From Faecousia sp. (GTDB taxonomy: Bacteria > Bacillota > Clostridia > Oscillospirales > Oscillospiraceae), in contig JAZRUM010000080.1 of the NCBI GenBank assembly GCA_045652545.1, positions 1,355-65,354 of the forward strand: 64,000 bases of DNA. The letters run 5' to 3'. Both the position numbers and the translations under genes were made by a program. Under the pieces are notes generated by a model. The model saw nothing but the letters and a program-made list of their open reading frames with translations. It made no database searches and had not been told where the DNA came from. Shown piece by piece: positions 11,258 through 19,749 of this stretch. The stretch's first letter is position 1. The number at the start of each line of letters is the position of its first letter.

Positions 11258-12592
11258 ATGGCAAATATCGGATTTATATCTCTCGGCTGTGCTAAAAACC
11301 AAGTGGACTGCGAGAGAATGATGTATCGCGTCCAGGAGGCTGGCTTTACCGTACAGCCGGATGTGGTTGGCAGCGATGTGGTGGTAATCAACACCTGTGG
11401 TTTTATTGATTCTGCCAAGTCGGAAGCCATTGACCATATTTTGCAAATGGCGCAGCTGAAAGAGCAAGGTCTCATTGGCAAGATATTAGTGACAGGATGC
11501 CTGTCTCAGCGATATCAAGACCAAATCCTGCAAGAACTTCCCGAGGTGGACGGTATTTTGGGTACAGGAAGCTACAGCCAAATCGTTTCTGCCATCCAGG
11601 CACTGCTTACGGAACAGACGGTTATAGATTTTGGGTCCATTGATGCACCGGAAGAAGAAACAGGTCGTATTTTGACCACACCGGAACATTATGCCTACAT
11701 AAAAATTGCAGAAGGCTGTGATAATCGCTGCGCATATTGCATTATTCCGTATCTGCGTGGACGTTTCCGCAGTCGTAGTATGGACGATGTGCTTTACGAA
11801 GCACGATTGCTTGCCGACAGCGGCGTGAGGGAACTGATCGTGGTAGCGCAGGACACCAGCCGTTACGGAACGGATCTACCCGAGCATAAACGGCTACTGC
11901 CGGAGCTTTTACGCAGCTTGTGCCAAATCGACGGATTTGACTGGATTCGGCTTCACTATGTTTATCCCGATGAGATCGATGATGCATTGATCGAAGTAAT
12001 TGCGTCTGAGAGCAAAATCGTAAAATATCTGGATATCCCCATTCAGCATTGTAACGATAAGATTTTAAAGCTGATGAACAGACGCGGTGACGGCACCTAT
12101 CTGCGACAGCTGTTTACAAAGCTCCGCAGTCGCATTCCGGGACTTGTGTTGCGAACAAGCGTTATTACCGGACTTCCCGGCGAGGGAGAAGAAGAATTTG
12201 CCCAGCTGTGCGAATTCTTAAAAGAAATGCGGCTGGAACGTGTGGGTGCATTTCCGTTCTCACCGGAAGAGGGAACACCTGCCGCACAGATGGAATACCC
12301 CGATCAGGAAATCGCCATTGCTAGGGCGCAGATGATCGAGACCATCCAGTCGGCGATCATGGATGAATATAACGAAAGTATGATCGGTCAGACGCTGCGT
12401 GTCCTTGTGGACGGCTATGACGAAGATTTTGAACAGTTTTACGGAAGAACCTTTGCAGATTCACCGGAGATCGACGGCAGAGTTTGGATCGCTTCAGAGG
12501 AAGCGTTGGCAGAGGGCGAATTTGTGACAGTTTGCATCGATAGTGTAATCGATGGAGATTTGTCCGGATATCTAGTGGAGGAAGAAATATGA
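11258..12592 (+). CDS. rimO: Ribosomal protein S12 methylthiotransferase RimO
   Basis: SLGCAKNQVD, NTCGFI, radical SAM EGCDNRCAYCIIP, DSPEIDG TRAM end. Confidence 0.96.
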   Translation: MANIGFISLGCAKNQVDCERMMYRVQEAGFTVQPDVVGSDVVVINTCGFIDSAKSEAIDHILQMAQLKEQGLIGKILVTGCLSQRYQDQILQELPEVDGILGTGSYSQIVSAIQALLTEQTVIDFGSIDAPEEETGRILTTPEHYAYIKIAEGCDNRCAYCIIPYLRGRFRSRSMDDVLYEARLLADSGVRELIVVAQDTSRYGTDLPEHKRLLPELLRSLCQIDGFDWIRLHYVYPDEIDDALIEVIASESKIVKYLDIPIQHCNDKILKLMNRRGDGTYLRQLFTKLRSRIPGLVLRTSVITGLPGEGEEEFAQLCEFLKEMRLERVGAFPFSPEEGTPAAQMEYPDQEIAIARAQMIETIQSAIMDEYNESMIGQTLRVLVDGYDEDFEQFYGRTFADSPEIDGRVWIASEEALAEGEFVTVCIDSVIDGDLSGYLVEEEI

Positions 12593-13125
12593 CAACAGCA
12601 AGTAAAATCACATTGGTTCGGGTAGCATTTATTCCCATTTTTATGGTATTTATGTATTTAGGCGGCAACGGCAGCAATATGCCTATGATGCTGCTGGCAT
12701 TGGCGATCTTTATCATTGCCAGCCTGACGGATTATATTGACGGTCAGATTGCCCGGAAATATAATCAGGTAAGTGATTTTGGAAAATTTCTTGATCCTCT
12801 TGCAGATAAGCTTTTAACCATCGCTGCCATGACCATATTCTGTCAATGGGGCACATTCCCGGCATGGGCGTTGATGATCGTGCTGACACGGGAATTTGCA
12901 GTGACCGGCTTGCGGCTGGTTGCCGTAGGCAAGGGAACGGTGATCGCTGCCGGCAAGAGCGGTAAATTTAAGACCGCCAGCACCATGATCGGACTGTGCT
13001 TTATGCTGGCATTTCCTACAGTAACTACGCTGGCATGGGTGGTTGTGCTTGTGATCGTGCTCACCACTGTCTACTCCGGAATTGAATACTTTGTTCAGAA
13101 CTGGAACTGTCTGTGGGATAACTAA
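12589..13125 (+). CDS. pgsA: CDP-diacylglycerol--glycerol-3-phosphate 3-phosphatidyltransferase
   Basis: TDYIDGQIARKYNQVSDFGKFLDPLADK. Confidence 0.95.
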   Translation: MTTASKITLVRVAFIPIFMVFMYLGGNGSNMPMMLLALAIFIIASLTDYIDGQIARKYNQVSDFGKFLDPLADKLLTIAAMTIFCQWGTFPAWALMIVLTREFAVTGLRLVAVGKGTVIAAGKSGKFKTASTMIGLCFMLAFPTVTTLAWVVVLVIVLTTVYSGIEYFVQNWNCLWDN

Positions 13126-13160
13126 AGAATAACACCGGCGCATTTTGCGCCGGTGTAGCT

Positions 13161-14324
13161 ATGGCGGAGGAAAAAATGAACCAAAGAGAAATCGGTGAGA
13201 TCCGGCGCAGAGTTCGTCGTGATCGCAGCAATATGACATCCATTTATGGCTGCTATGTGAACGGACAGAAAGAGATCATTTCGTCCTTCAAGCAGAGTGT
13301 AGGGATGATGCCGGAAAATGAGGCGGAAAAATACTTCGGTGTTTTGAAACGCACACTGTCCGGTACGATCGGAAAGAATTTGATCGATATCAGCTTCCGC
13401 ACTGCACAGGTTGCAAACAGTCCGGAACACAGCTTTTTGATGGAATTGCGTAAATGCGCATTGCAAGATGATGATCTTCGCATGACGCTGTTTCAAAAAA
13501 TCATTGACACAGTATCCTTTGAGGATAGCTTTTTGATTTTGGTTGGATGCGACAGCTATGATGTGCCGTTCAAAAGCAAGGACGATGAAATTCAAGCGGA
13601 TGCATCCGGAGATGTTTATACCTATTTGATGTGTGCGGTGTGTCCTGTAAAACAGACGAAAGCCAACTTGCGCTATATTGCGGAGGAAAAGGAATTTCAT
13701 GACGGCGGCATTGCCCAGGTGGTTTGTGCACCGGAAGTGGGATTTTTGTTCCCGGCATTTGACGGACGGACCACAAATATTTATAATGCGCTGTTTTATA
13801 CCCACAGCGCAAAAGTGAGCAATCAGTCACTGATCGATGCGCTTTTTCGTGTGGAAGCACCAAAACCTGCCGCAGAACAAAAGAAGTCCTTTGAAGCGCT
13901 GCTGACCACTGCGTTGGATAAAGAATGCAGCCTGGAGGTTGTGCAAACTGTCCATGATGAATTGCGTCAGTGCATTGAACTGCATAAAGAGAGCAAGGCG
14001 GCTGAGCCACTGTTGGTATCAAAAGATCAGGTTAAGACAGCTTTGAAAAGCTGTGGCATTTCCGATACGCATATTTCCAAATTCAGCGTAAATTACGATG
14101 AGGCCTTTGGATTGGATGCACAGCTGCATCCTAAGAATATTATTGATAATCGCCGTTTTGAAATTGCGACACCGGATGTTTCTATTAAGGTGAACCCGGA
14201 ACGCAGCGATTTGATCGAAACCCGTGTGATCGGTGGCGTAAAATACATTTTGATTTGCGCAGACGAAAATGTGGAGGTCAACGGTGTAAATATCCACATC
14301 CTTGATAATACGGCGGAAGGTTGA
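13161..14324 (+). CDS. DUF4317-like conserved protein (start may be 13176)
   Basis: EIRRR..IYGCYV, GFLFPAFDGR, C-terminal VEVNGV recalled as DUF4317 pattern. Confidence 0.75.
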   Translation: MAEEKMNQREIGEIRRRVRRDRSNMTSIYGCYVNGQKEIISSFKQSVGMMPENEAEKYFGVLKRTLSGTIGKNLIDISFRTAQVANSPEHSFLMELRKCALQDDDLRMTLFQKIIDTVSFEDSFLILVGCDSYDVPFKSKDDEIQADASGDVYTYLMCAVCPVKQTKANLRYIAEEKEFHDGGIAQVVCAPEVGFLFPAFDGRTTNIYNALFYTHSAKVSNQSLIDALFRVEAPKPAAEQKKSFEALLTTALDKECSLEVVQTVHDELRQCIELHKESKAAEPLLVSKDQVKTALKSCGISDTHISKFSVNYDEAFGLDAQLHPKNIIDNRRFEIATPDVSIKVNPERSDLIETRVIGGVKYILICADENVEVNGVNIHILDNTAEG

Positions 14325-14364
14325 AAACTCCGGACACCGAACCACCCAAGATTGTGAGGCATAT

Positions 14365-15291
14365 ATGCAGATCTATACAATAACCTTAAATCCGGCATAT
14401 GACATACATGCAAATGCCCCCTCTTTTCAGGAGGGGTGTGAGAATCTGGCGGAGATCACATCCCGACAGGCAGGGGGTAAGGGCGTAAACATCAGCCGGG
14501 CATTGTGCACCAATGGCATCGCCAATACAGCTGTTGTGGTGCTGGGAAAGAGCAATGCCGATGAATTTAAGCAGGACCTGAATCAGGCAGGCATGGATGT
14601 GCGTTTTTTGGAAAGACCGGGAAGAATCCGGGAGAATTTGACGCTGCACTGTGCCGATAAACCGGAAACCCGCATCAGCTTTGCAGGCTTTTCGTTGGAC
14701 GACGAAATTCTGCAGGACGTGTTGGATGTGTTGACAGTGGACGAGCAAACCATCGTGACATTTTCCGGGCGGATCGCAACCGGTATGTCCGTGGAAAAGG
14801 TGAAGGAATTTCTGCTGGAACTGAAAAAGCGGGGCGCAAAATTGGTGCTGGATTCCAAGTCTCTCAGCGTACAAGATATCATGGAGATAAAACCCTGGCT
14901 TATAAAGCCCAATCAGGAAGAATTGTCTGATTATTCAAACTGCGTTGTGGAAACGTTAAACGACGCTATGCAGCAAGCCAAACTCTTTTTTGGCAATCAG
15001 GCAGATCATGTGATGATTTCTATGGGCGAACAAGGAGCAGTGCTTCTGACGGATGGTAAGACTTATATGGCCGTACCCCCTAAAGTACAGGCGGTGTCCA
15101 CCGTAGGCGCCGGTGACAGCACCATAGCAGGGTTTTTGGCAGCGTTCTCAATGGGGCAGACACCACAGATGTGTCTGAAAAGAGCCGTTGCTTGCGGCAC
15201 AGCAGCATGTCTGACGGAGGGTACGTTACCTCCCGCCAAAGCAGATATGGAAGCCATATATCTGCAAACTAAGGTGTACGACTGCGTTTAA
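14365..15291 (+). CDS. 1-phosphofructokinase-family (PfkB) hexose kinase
   Basis: TITLNPAYD, GGKGVNIS, IKPNQEEL, STVGAGDS. Confidence 0.93.
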   Translation: MQIYTITLNPAYDIHANAPSFQEGCENLAEITSRQAGGKGVNISRALCTNGIANTAVVVLGKSNADEFKQDLNQAGMDVRFLERPGRIRENLTLHCADKPETRISFAGFSLDDEILQDVLDVLTVDEQTIVTFSGRIATGMSVEKVKEFLLELKKRGAKLVLDSKSLSVQDIMEIKPWLIKPNQEELSDYSNCVVETLNDAMQQAKLFFGNQADHVMISMGEQGAVLLTDGKTYMAVPPKVQAVSTVGAGDSTIAGFLAAFSMGQTPQMCLKRAVACGTAACLTEGTLPPAKADMEAIYLQTKVYDCV

Positions 15292-15299
15292 ATTTAATT

Positions 15300-15334
15300 A
15301 AAAAAACAGCGTGTTACGCAACACGCTGTTTTTT
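15300..15334. terminator. Bidirectional intrinsic terminator
   Basis: AAAAAACAGCGTGTT-ACGC-AACACGCTGTTTTTT between convergent genes. Confidence 0.85.
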
Positions 15335-15341
15335 AGTGTCT

Positions 15342-15944
15342 TTACTTTTTAAGCAAGCTCAGAATAATGTCTGCACAGGTCTCAATGCCCAAAGTGCTGC
15401 TGTCAAGGCACACGTCATAGTTTTGTGCTGCGCCCCAGGTTCTGCCGGTGTAATGATGATAATTCACACGGCGGCGCTTATCCTTTTCCTGCAGACGTGC
15501 CTCCGGGCTTTTTTCCGATTCGCCGTAAAGTCTTACGATACGGTCGGCACGGAACTCTGTGCTTGCATGAATAAATGCATGGAGACAATCGGGACGGTCC
15601 TTCAGAATGTAATCTGCGTTTCGACCCACGATCACACAAGGACCTTTTTCAGCCAGCTGCAGAATGACACTGCACTGCACATTCCAAAGGAAATCGGCTG
15701 TGGAAAGTCCGTTGAGAACACCGGGTACACTTTGGTGGGCAAAGGCATATGCAAATATGCTCTTGCCGGGGGCGTGTTCACCGTGCTCTTCTATAAAATT
15801 GGGAGAAAAACCGGACTCCAGTGCAATGTGGTCTACAAGCTCTTTGTCGTAAAAGGGGATTCCAAGATTTTCGGCAATCATATGACCGATTGTGCGGCCA
15901 CCGCTACCAAATTCACGGCTGATGGTGATGATTTTCTTTTCCAT
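15342..15944 (-). CDS. Cytidylate kinase-like family protein
   Basis: IITISREFGSGG, VIVGRNADYIL, DKRRRVNYHHYT; ATG after AGGAGG. Confidence 0.9.
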   Translation of the reverse strand: MEKKIITISREFGSGGRTIGHMIAENLGIPFYDKELVDHIALESGFSPNFIEEHGEHAPGKSIFAYAFAHQSVPGVLNGLSTADFLWNVQCSVILQLAEKGPCVIVGRNADYILKDRPDCLHAFIHASTEFRADRIVRLYGESEKSPEARLQEKDKRRRVNYHHYTGRTWGAAQNYDVCLDSSTLGIETCADIILSLLKK

Positions 15945-15971
15945 AAAATCCCTCCTTAAGAATCTATAATA

Positions 15972-16000
15972 ATTATAACAAGCGCCGTTTCTGTTGTCAA
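15972..16000 (-). promoter_or_regulatory. Sigma-A promoter
   Basis: TTGACA-17nt-TATAAT on minus strand. Confidence 0.8.
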
Positions 16001-16118
16001 TCATGCTGTAAATGATATACCTAAGTTTATTGCGATCAAGGTTGATCCAAAAGAATGCACCGACGATAAGGATGGCTCTCTGCAGTTAAAAATATTGATA
16101 ATGCATTGCCTGTGCGGA

Positions 16119-16147
16119 TTGATAAACCCATATAGATATGATATACT
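16119..16147 (+). promoter_or_regulatory. Sigma-A promoter of tex
   Basis: TTGATA-17nt-TATACT with extended TG. Confidence 0.6.
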
Positions 16148-16206
16148 TTTACTATCATATTTAAAGCGGAGAGAAGCGGAATATTCTCTACTTAAAGGAG
16201 CACACC

Positions 16207-18366
16207 ATGAATAATATTGCACAGACCCTGGCGGAAGAACTGGGTCAGAAACAACAGTATGTTGAAAACGTAATTGCATTACTGGACGAAGGAAATACCA
16301 TTCCCTTTATCGCTCGTTACCGTAAGGAAATGCACGGAACGATGGATGATACTACTCTGAGAAACTTGGAGACTCGCCTTAATTATCTGCGCAATCTTGC
16401 ACAGCGGAAAGAGGAGATCATCAACGCGATTGATTCTCAGGGGAAGTTAACAGAGGAATTACGCACCGCCATCGAGGCGTCTGGCACGTTGGCAGAGGCG
16501 GAGGATCTGTACCGACCCTATAAACAAAAGCGTCGCACTCGCGCTACCGTTGCAAAGGAAAAAGGCTTGGAGCCGCTGGCTTTGGCACTTTTTGAACAGA
16601 ACGGTGAAGATCCGGCACAGCTGGCTGCAGCATATATCAATCCGGAACTGGGCGTGAAGACGCTGGAAGACGCATTGGCAGGCGCATCTGATATTATTGC
16701 GGAGGTCATCTCCGACGATGCAAATATCCGGAAACTGCTGCGACTAAAAATGGAACGGCAGGCAGTGATCAGTGTACAGGCGGTAGATCCGGAAAAGGAC
16801 AGCGTGTACAGACTTTACTATAATTTCTCCAGCCCCGTATCCAGAGTACAAAATCATCAGATTTTGGCAATCAACCGGGGTGAAAAGGAAGAATTTTTGA
16901 AAGTTGCCGTAACGCTTCCCGGCAATGAAGGCCAAGCTGTGGTTTGCAGAGCCGCCTTGAAACCTACAGCTCATATCAGTCAGTTTGTTCGCGCTGCTGC
17001 AGAAGATGCCTATACCCGTTTGATCGCCCCCAGCGCAGAACGGGAAATGCGAAGCACCCTGTCTGAACGGGCGGCAGAAGCAGCCATTGCAAATTTTGCG
17101 CTGAATCTGAAACCCCTTCTGATGCAGCGACCGGTGAAAGGCTTTGTCACCATGGGACTGGATCCCGGATACAGAAACGGATGCAAGGTGGCGGTGGTAG
17201 ACGGCACCGGACTGGTTTTGGATACAGCTGTGGTATATCCCACTTTCTCTGTGAAAAAGAAAGAAGAAGCCATTGAGATCCTTACCCGGATGGCACGAAA
17301 GCACGGTGTTCGTCATATTGCCATCGGCAACGGCACTGCCTCCCGGGAGACAGAAGCTATGACTGTGGAGATGTTAAAGAATCTGCCCGGTGTCAGCTAT
17401 ATGATCGTCAACGAGGCTGGCGCATCTGTGTATTCCGCATCCAAATTAGCGGCAGAAGAGTTCCCGGAGTTTGATGTGAATTTGCGCTCAGCAGTTTCCA
17501 TTGCCCGTCGTTTGCAAGACCCGCTGGCAGAGCTGGTAAAGATCGATCCTAAGGCCATCGGTGTTGGTCAGTATCAACACGATATGCCTCAAAAACGTCT
17601 GGATGAGGCATTAGGCGGTGTTGTGGAGGATTGCGTTAACGCTGTGGGTGTAGATGTAAATACGGCATCTGTCAGCTTGCTGCAGCAGGTGTCAGGACTC
17701 ACTTCCACAACGGCAAAGAATGTGGTTGCCTACCGCGAGGAACATGGCGCATTTACATCCAGAGCGCAGCTGAAAAAAGTCCCCAAGCTGGGACCAAAAG
17801 CATTCCAGCAATGCGCAGGCTTTTTGCGTGTGCCGGAGAGCAAGGAGATCTTTGATAACACAGGCGTTCACCCGGAAACCTATGATGCAGCCGAGAAATT
17901 ACTGTCCCTGTGCGGTTATACCAAGAAGGACATTGGAGAAGGAAAGCTGGAGCAGCTTTCAGAACGATTCCAAAAATTGGGCAGCGAAACAGTGGAGCAA
18001 GCCTGCGGAGCAGGGATGCCTACGCTGGAGGATGTTGTAAAAGAACTGCTGAAGCCGGGCAGAGACCCCCGTGACGAACTGCCCGCTCCTATTTTGCGGA
18101 CGGATGTTCTGGAAATGAAGGATCTGAAACCCGGCATGATCCTGTCCGGCACGGTGAGAAATGTGATCGATTTTGGCGTCTTTGTGGATATCGGCGTTCA
18201 TCAGGACGGTCTGGTTCATATTTCCCAGGTTTGTAACCGGAAATTGCGCCATCCTTCCGAGGTGGTGCAGGTAGGTGATGTGGTTAGGGTTGCAGTCCTG
18301 GAGGTTGACGAGACCAGAAAACGTATTGGTCTAACCATGAAGAACATCCCTGCAGAGGAACAGTAA
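16207..18366 (+). CDS. tex: Tex-family RNA-binding transcription accessory protein
   Basis: GNTIPFIARYRKE, GLDPGYRNGCK, IGNGTASRE, NEAGASVYSAS, C-terminal S1 domain. Confidence 0.96.
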   Translation: MNNIAQTLAEELGQKQQYVENVIALLDEGNTIPFIARYRKEMHGTMDDTTLRNLETRLNYLRNLAQRKEEIINAIDSQGKLTEELRTAIEASGTLAEAEDLYRPYKQKRRTRATVAKEKGLEPLALALFEQNGEDPAQLAAAYINPELGVKTLEDALAGASDIIAEVISDDANIRKLLRLKMERQAVISVQAVDPEKDSVYRLYYNFSSPVSRVQNHQILAINRGEKEEFLKVAVTLPGNEGQAVVCRAALKPTAHISQFVRAAAEDAYTRLIAPSAEREMRSTLSERAAEAAIANFALNLKPLLMQRPVKGFVTMGLDPGYRNGCKVAVVDGTGLVLDTAVVYPTFSVKKKEEAIEILTRMARKHGVRHIAIGNGTASRETEAMTVEMLKNLPGVSYMIVNEAGASVYSASKLAAEEFPEFDVNLRSAVSIARRLQDPLAELVKIDPKAIGVGQYQHDMPQKRLDEALGGVVEDCVNAVGVDVNTASVSLLQQVSGLTSTTAKNVVAYREEHGAFTSRAQLKKVPKLGPKAFQQCAGFLRVPESKEIFDNTGVHPETYDAAEKLLSLCGYTKKDIGEGKLEQLSERFQKLGSETVEQACGAGMPTLEDVVKELLKPGRDPRDELPAPILRTDVLEMKDLKPGMILSGTVRNVIDFGVFVDIGVHQDGLVHISQVCNRKLRHPSEVVQVGDVVRVAVLEVDETRKRIGLTMKNIPAEEQ

Positions 18367-18378
18367 TTATCTTAATGA

Positions 18379-18500
18379 GTGATGTAGCTGCGCTGTGATA
18401 GGTGATGCGATGCGTTCCGCTCACGCACCGAAGGTGCGCATCACGGGCGAAGCCTGCATCACGCACAAAGTGCGCATCTCGTTCCGAAGGAACGCATCAC
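18379..18500. repeat. Array of mini-hairpins (GAA/AAA triloops) separated by GCATCAC
   Basis: GCACC-GAA-GGTGC, GGC-GAA-GCC, GCAC-AAA-GTGC, GTTCC-GAA-GGAAC, each followed by GCATCAC or GCATCTC. Confidence 0.85.
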
Positions 18501-18501
18501 G

Positions 18502-18544
18502 CAAAAAAGTCTCTTTTGTCTACCGGACAAGAGAGACTTTTTTG
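18502..18544. terminator. Terminator 3' of tRNA-Ala (bidirectional form)
   Basis: CAAAAAAGTCTCTTTTGTC...GACAAGAGAGACTTTTTTG. Confidence 0.85.
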
Positions 18545-18545
18545 T

Positions 18546-18621
18546 TGGTGGACCTGATCGGATTCGAACCGACGACCCCCACAATGCGAATGTGATGCGC
18601 TCCCAACTGCGCTACAGGCCC
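18546..18621 (-). tRNA. tRNA-Ala(CGC)
   Basis: GGGCCTGTAGCGCAGTTGGGAGCGC..TT-CGC-AT..GGTTCGAATCC..CAGGTCCACCA; 76 nt, G3:U70 Ala determinant, encoded CCA. Confidence 0.97.
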
Positions 18622-18633
18622 ATTTCATTTAGA

Positions 18634-18662
18634 ATTATACGTCTGACAGGTCTCTTTGTCAA
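18634..18662 (-). promoter_or_regulatory. Sigma-A promoter of tRNA-Ala
   Basis: TTGACA-17nt-TATAAT on minus strand, just upstream of the tRNA. Confidence 0.85.
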
Positions 18663-18743
18663 CGGATTTCTCCTTTTGATACACTTGAAAAATTTAACGA
18701 AATATGATACCATGAAAAAAATTATATTTTGGAGGTTAATCGA

Positions 18744-19667
18744 ATGAAAAAGCTAATTTGCATTCTTCTGTGTATGCTGATGTTGTGCGCTTGCGCTGCG
18801 CCTGCAGATGAAACAACTGCTCCAATCGAGACTACTGAGCAGATTGCAAACACAGGTCCCTTGAGCGACGGAAAAACCTTAAAAGTATTGGCAATCGGCA
18901 ATAGTTTTTCCAACGATACAACGCAGTATCTATATAACATTGCAACCGCTGAAGGTGTGACAGATGTTGTAATTGGAAGACTGTATATCAGCGGCTGTAC
19001 ACTGGCACAGCATTTGGAGAATGCGCAGTCAAATGTATATGCATATAAATACTACAAAAATAATTCCGGTGAATGGACGTCGATAGAAGCAGCTTCCTTG
19101 CTATATGGTTTGCAGGATGAGGACTGGGACATCATTACAATGCAGCAGTCAAGTAAATCTTCTGGCAAGGTTGAGACCTATTATGGAGTAGTAGATCAGC
19201 TTGTGAGCTATGTAAATGAAAACAAGACGAATCCCAATGCCCGGCTGGTGTGGCACATGACATGGGCTTATCAGCAAGGGTGCACTAAGGACATGTTTGC
19301 GGGGTATCAATACGATCAGATGACAATGTATACCGCGATTGTAGATGCAGTACAACAGGGGATTGACACTACACCGTATTTTGCGGATGTAATCCCTGTA
19401 GGAACTGCAATTCAGAATGCCCGCACCAGTTTTATTGGAGATAATTTGACCCGTGATACCTATCACCTTAATGATATGGGAAAGGTCATCGGCGGCTATA
19501 CATGGTACAGCGTATTTACCGGAAAAACGCTGGATGCGATCAATCTGACACAGGTGACAGATACTTTGACTTTGACGGATGGTGATAAAGCAGTCATTAT
19601 GGAGTCCGTAAATAATGCCATTGCTACTCCTTACTCGGTGACACAGTCTGCAAACACCGAAGGATAA
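18744..19667 (+). CDS. Lipoprotein with SGNH/GDSL-like domain (DUF4886-like)
   Basis: Lipobox LCAC; LAIGNSFS, WDIITMQQ, WHMTWAY, RDTYH. Confidence 0.8.
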   Translation: MKKLICILLCMLMLCACAAPADETTAPIETTEQIANTGPLSDGKTLKVLAIGNSFSNDTTQYLYNIATAEGVTDVVIGRLYISGCTLAQHLENAQSNVYAYKYYKNNSGEWTSIEAASLLYGLQDEDWDIITMQQSSKSSGKVETYYGVVDQLVSYVNENKTNPNARLVWHMTWAYQQGCTKDMFAGYQYDQMTMYTAIVDAVQQGIDTTPYFADVIPVGTAIQNARTSFIGDNLTRDTYHLNDMGKVIGGYTWYSVFTGKTLDAINLTQVTDTLTLTDGDKAVIMESVNNAIATPYSVTQSANTEG

Positions 19668-19749
19668 GGTAAAATATTGAAATTTTCCGATACATCTTGT
19701 AATTTGTTGTAACCTATGGTATAATACTCTGGAAAATGAACGAAAGGAG

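Noticed and set aside
18379-18500. Possible mini-CRISPR array
   Set aside because: The repeat is only 7 nt, the 'spacers' are 11-13 nt palindromes, and there are no cas genes.
18395-18595. 66-aa ORF with RIT/RIS repeats
   Set aside because: It is a translation of the hairpin array and the antisense strand of the tRNA.
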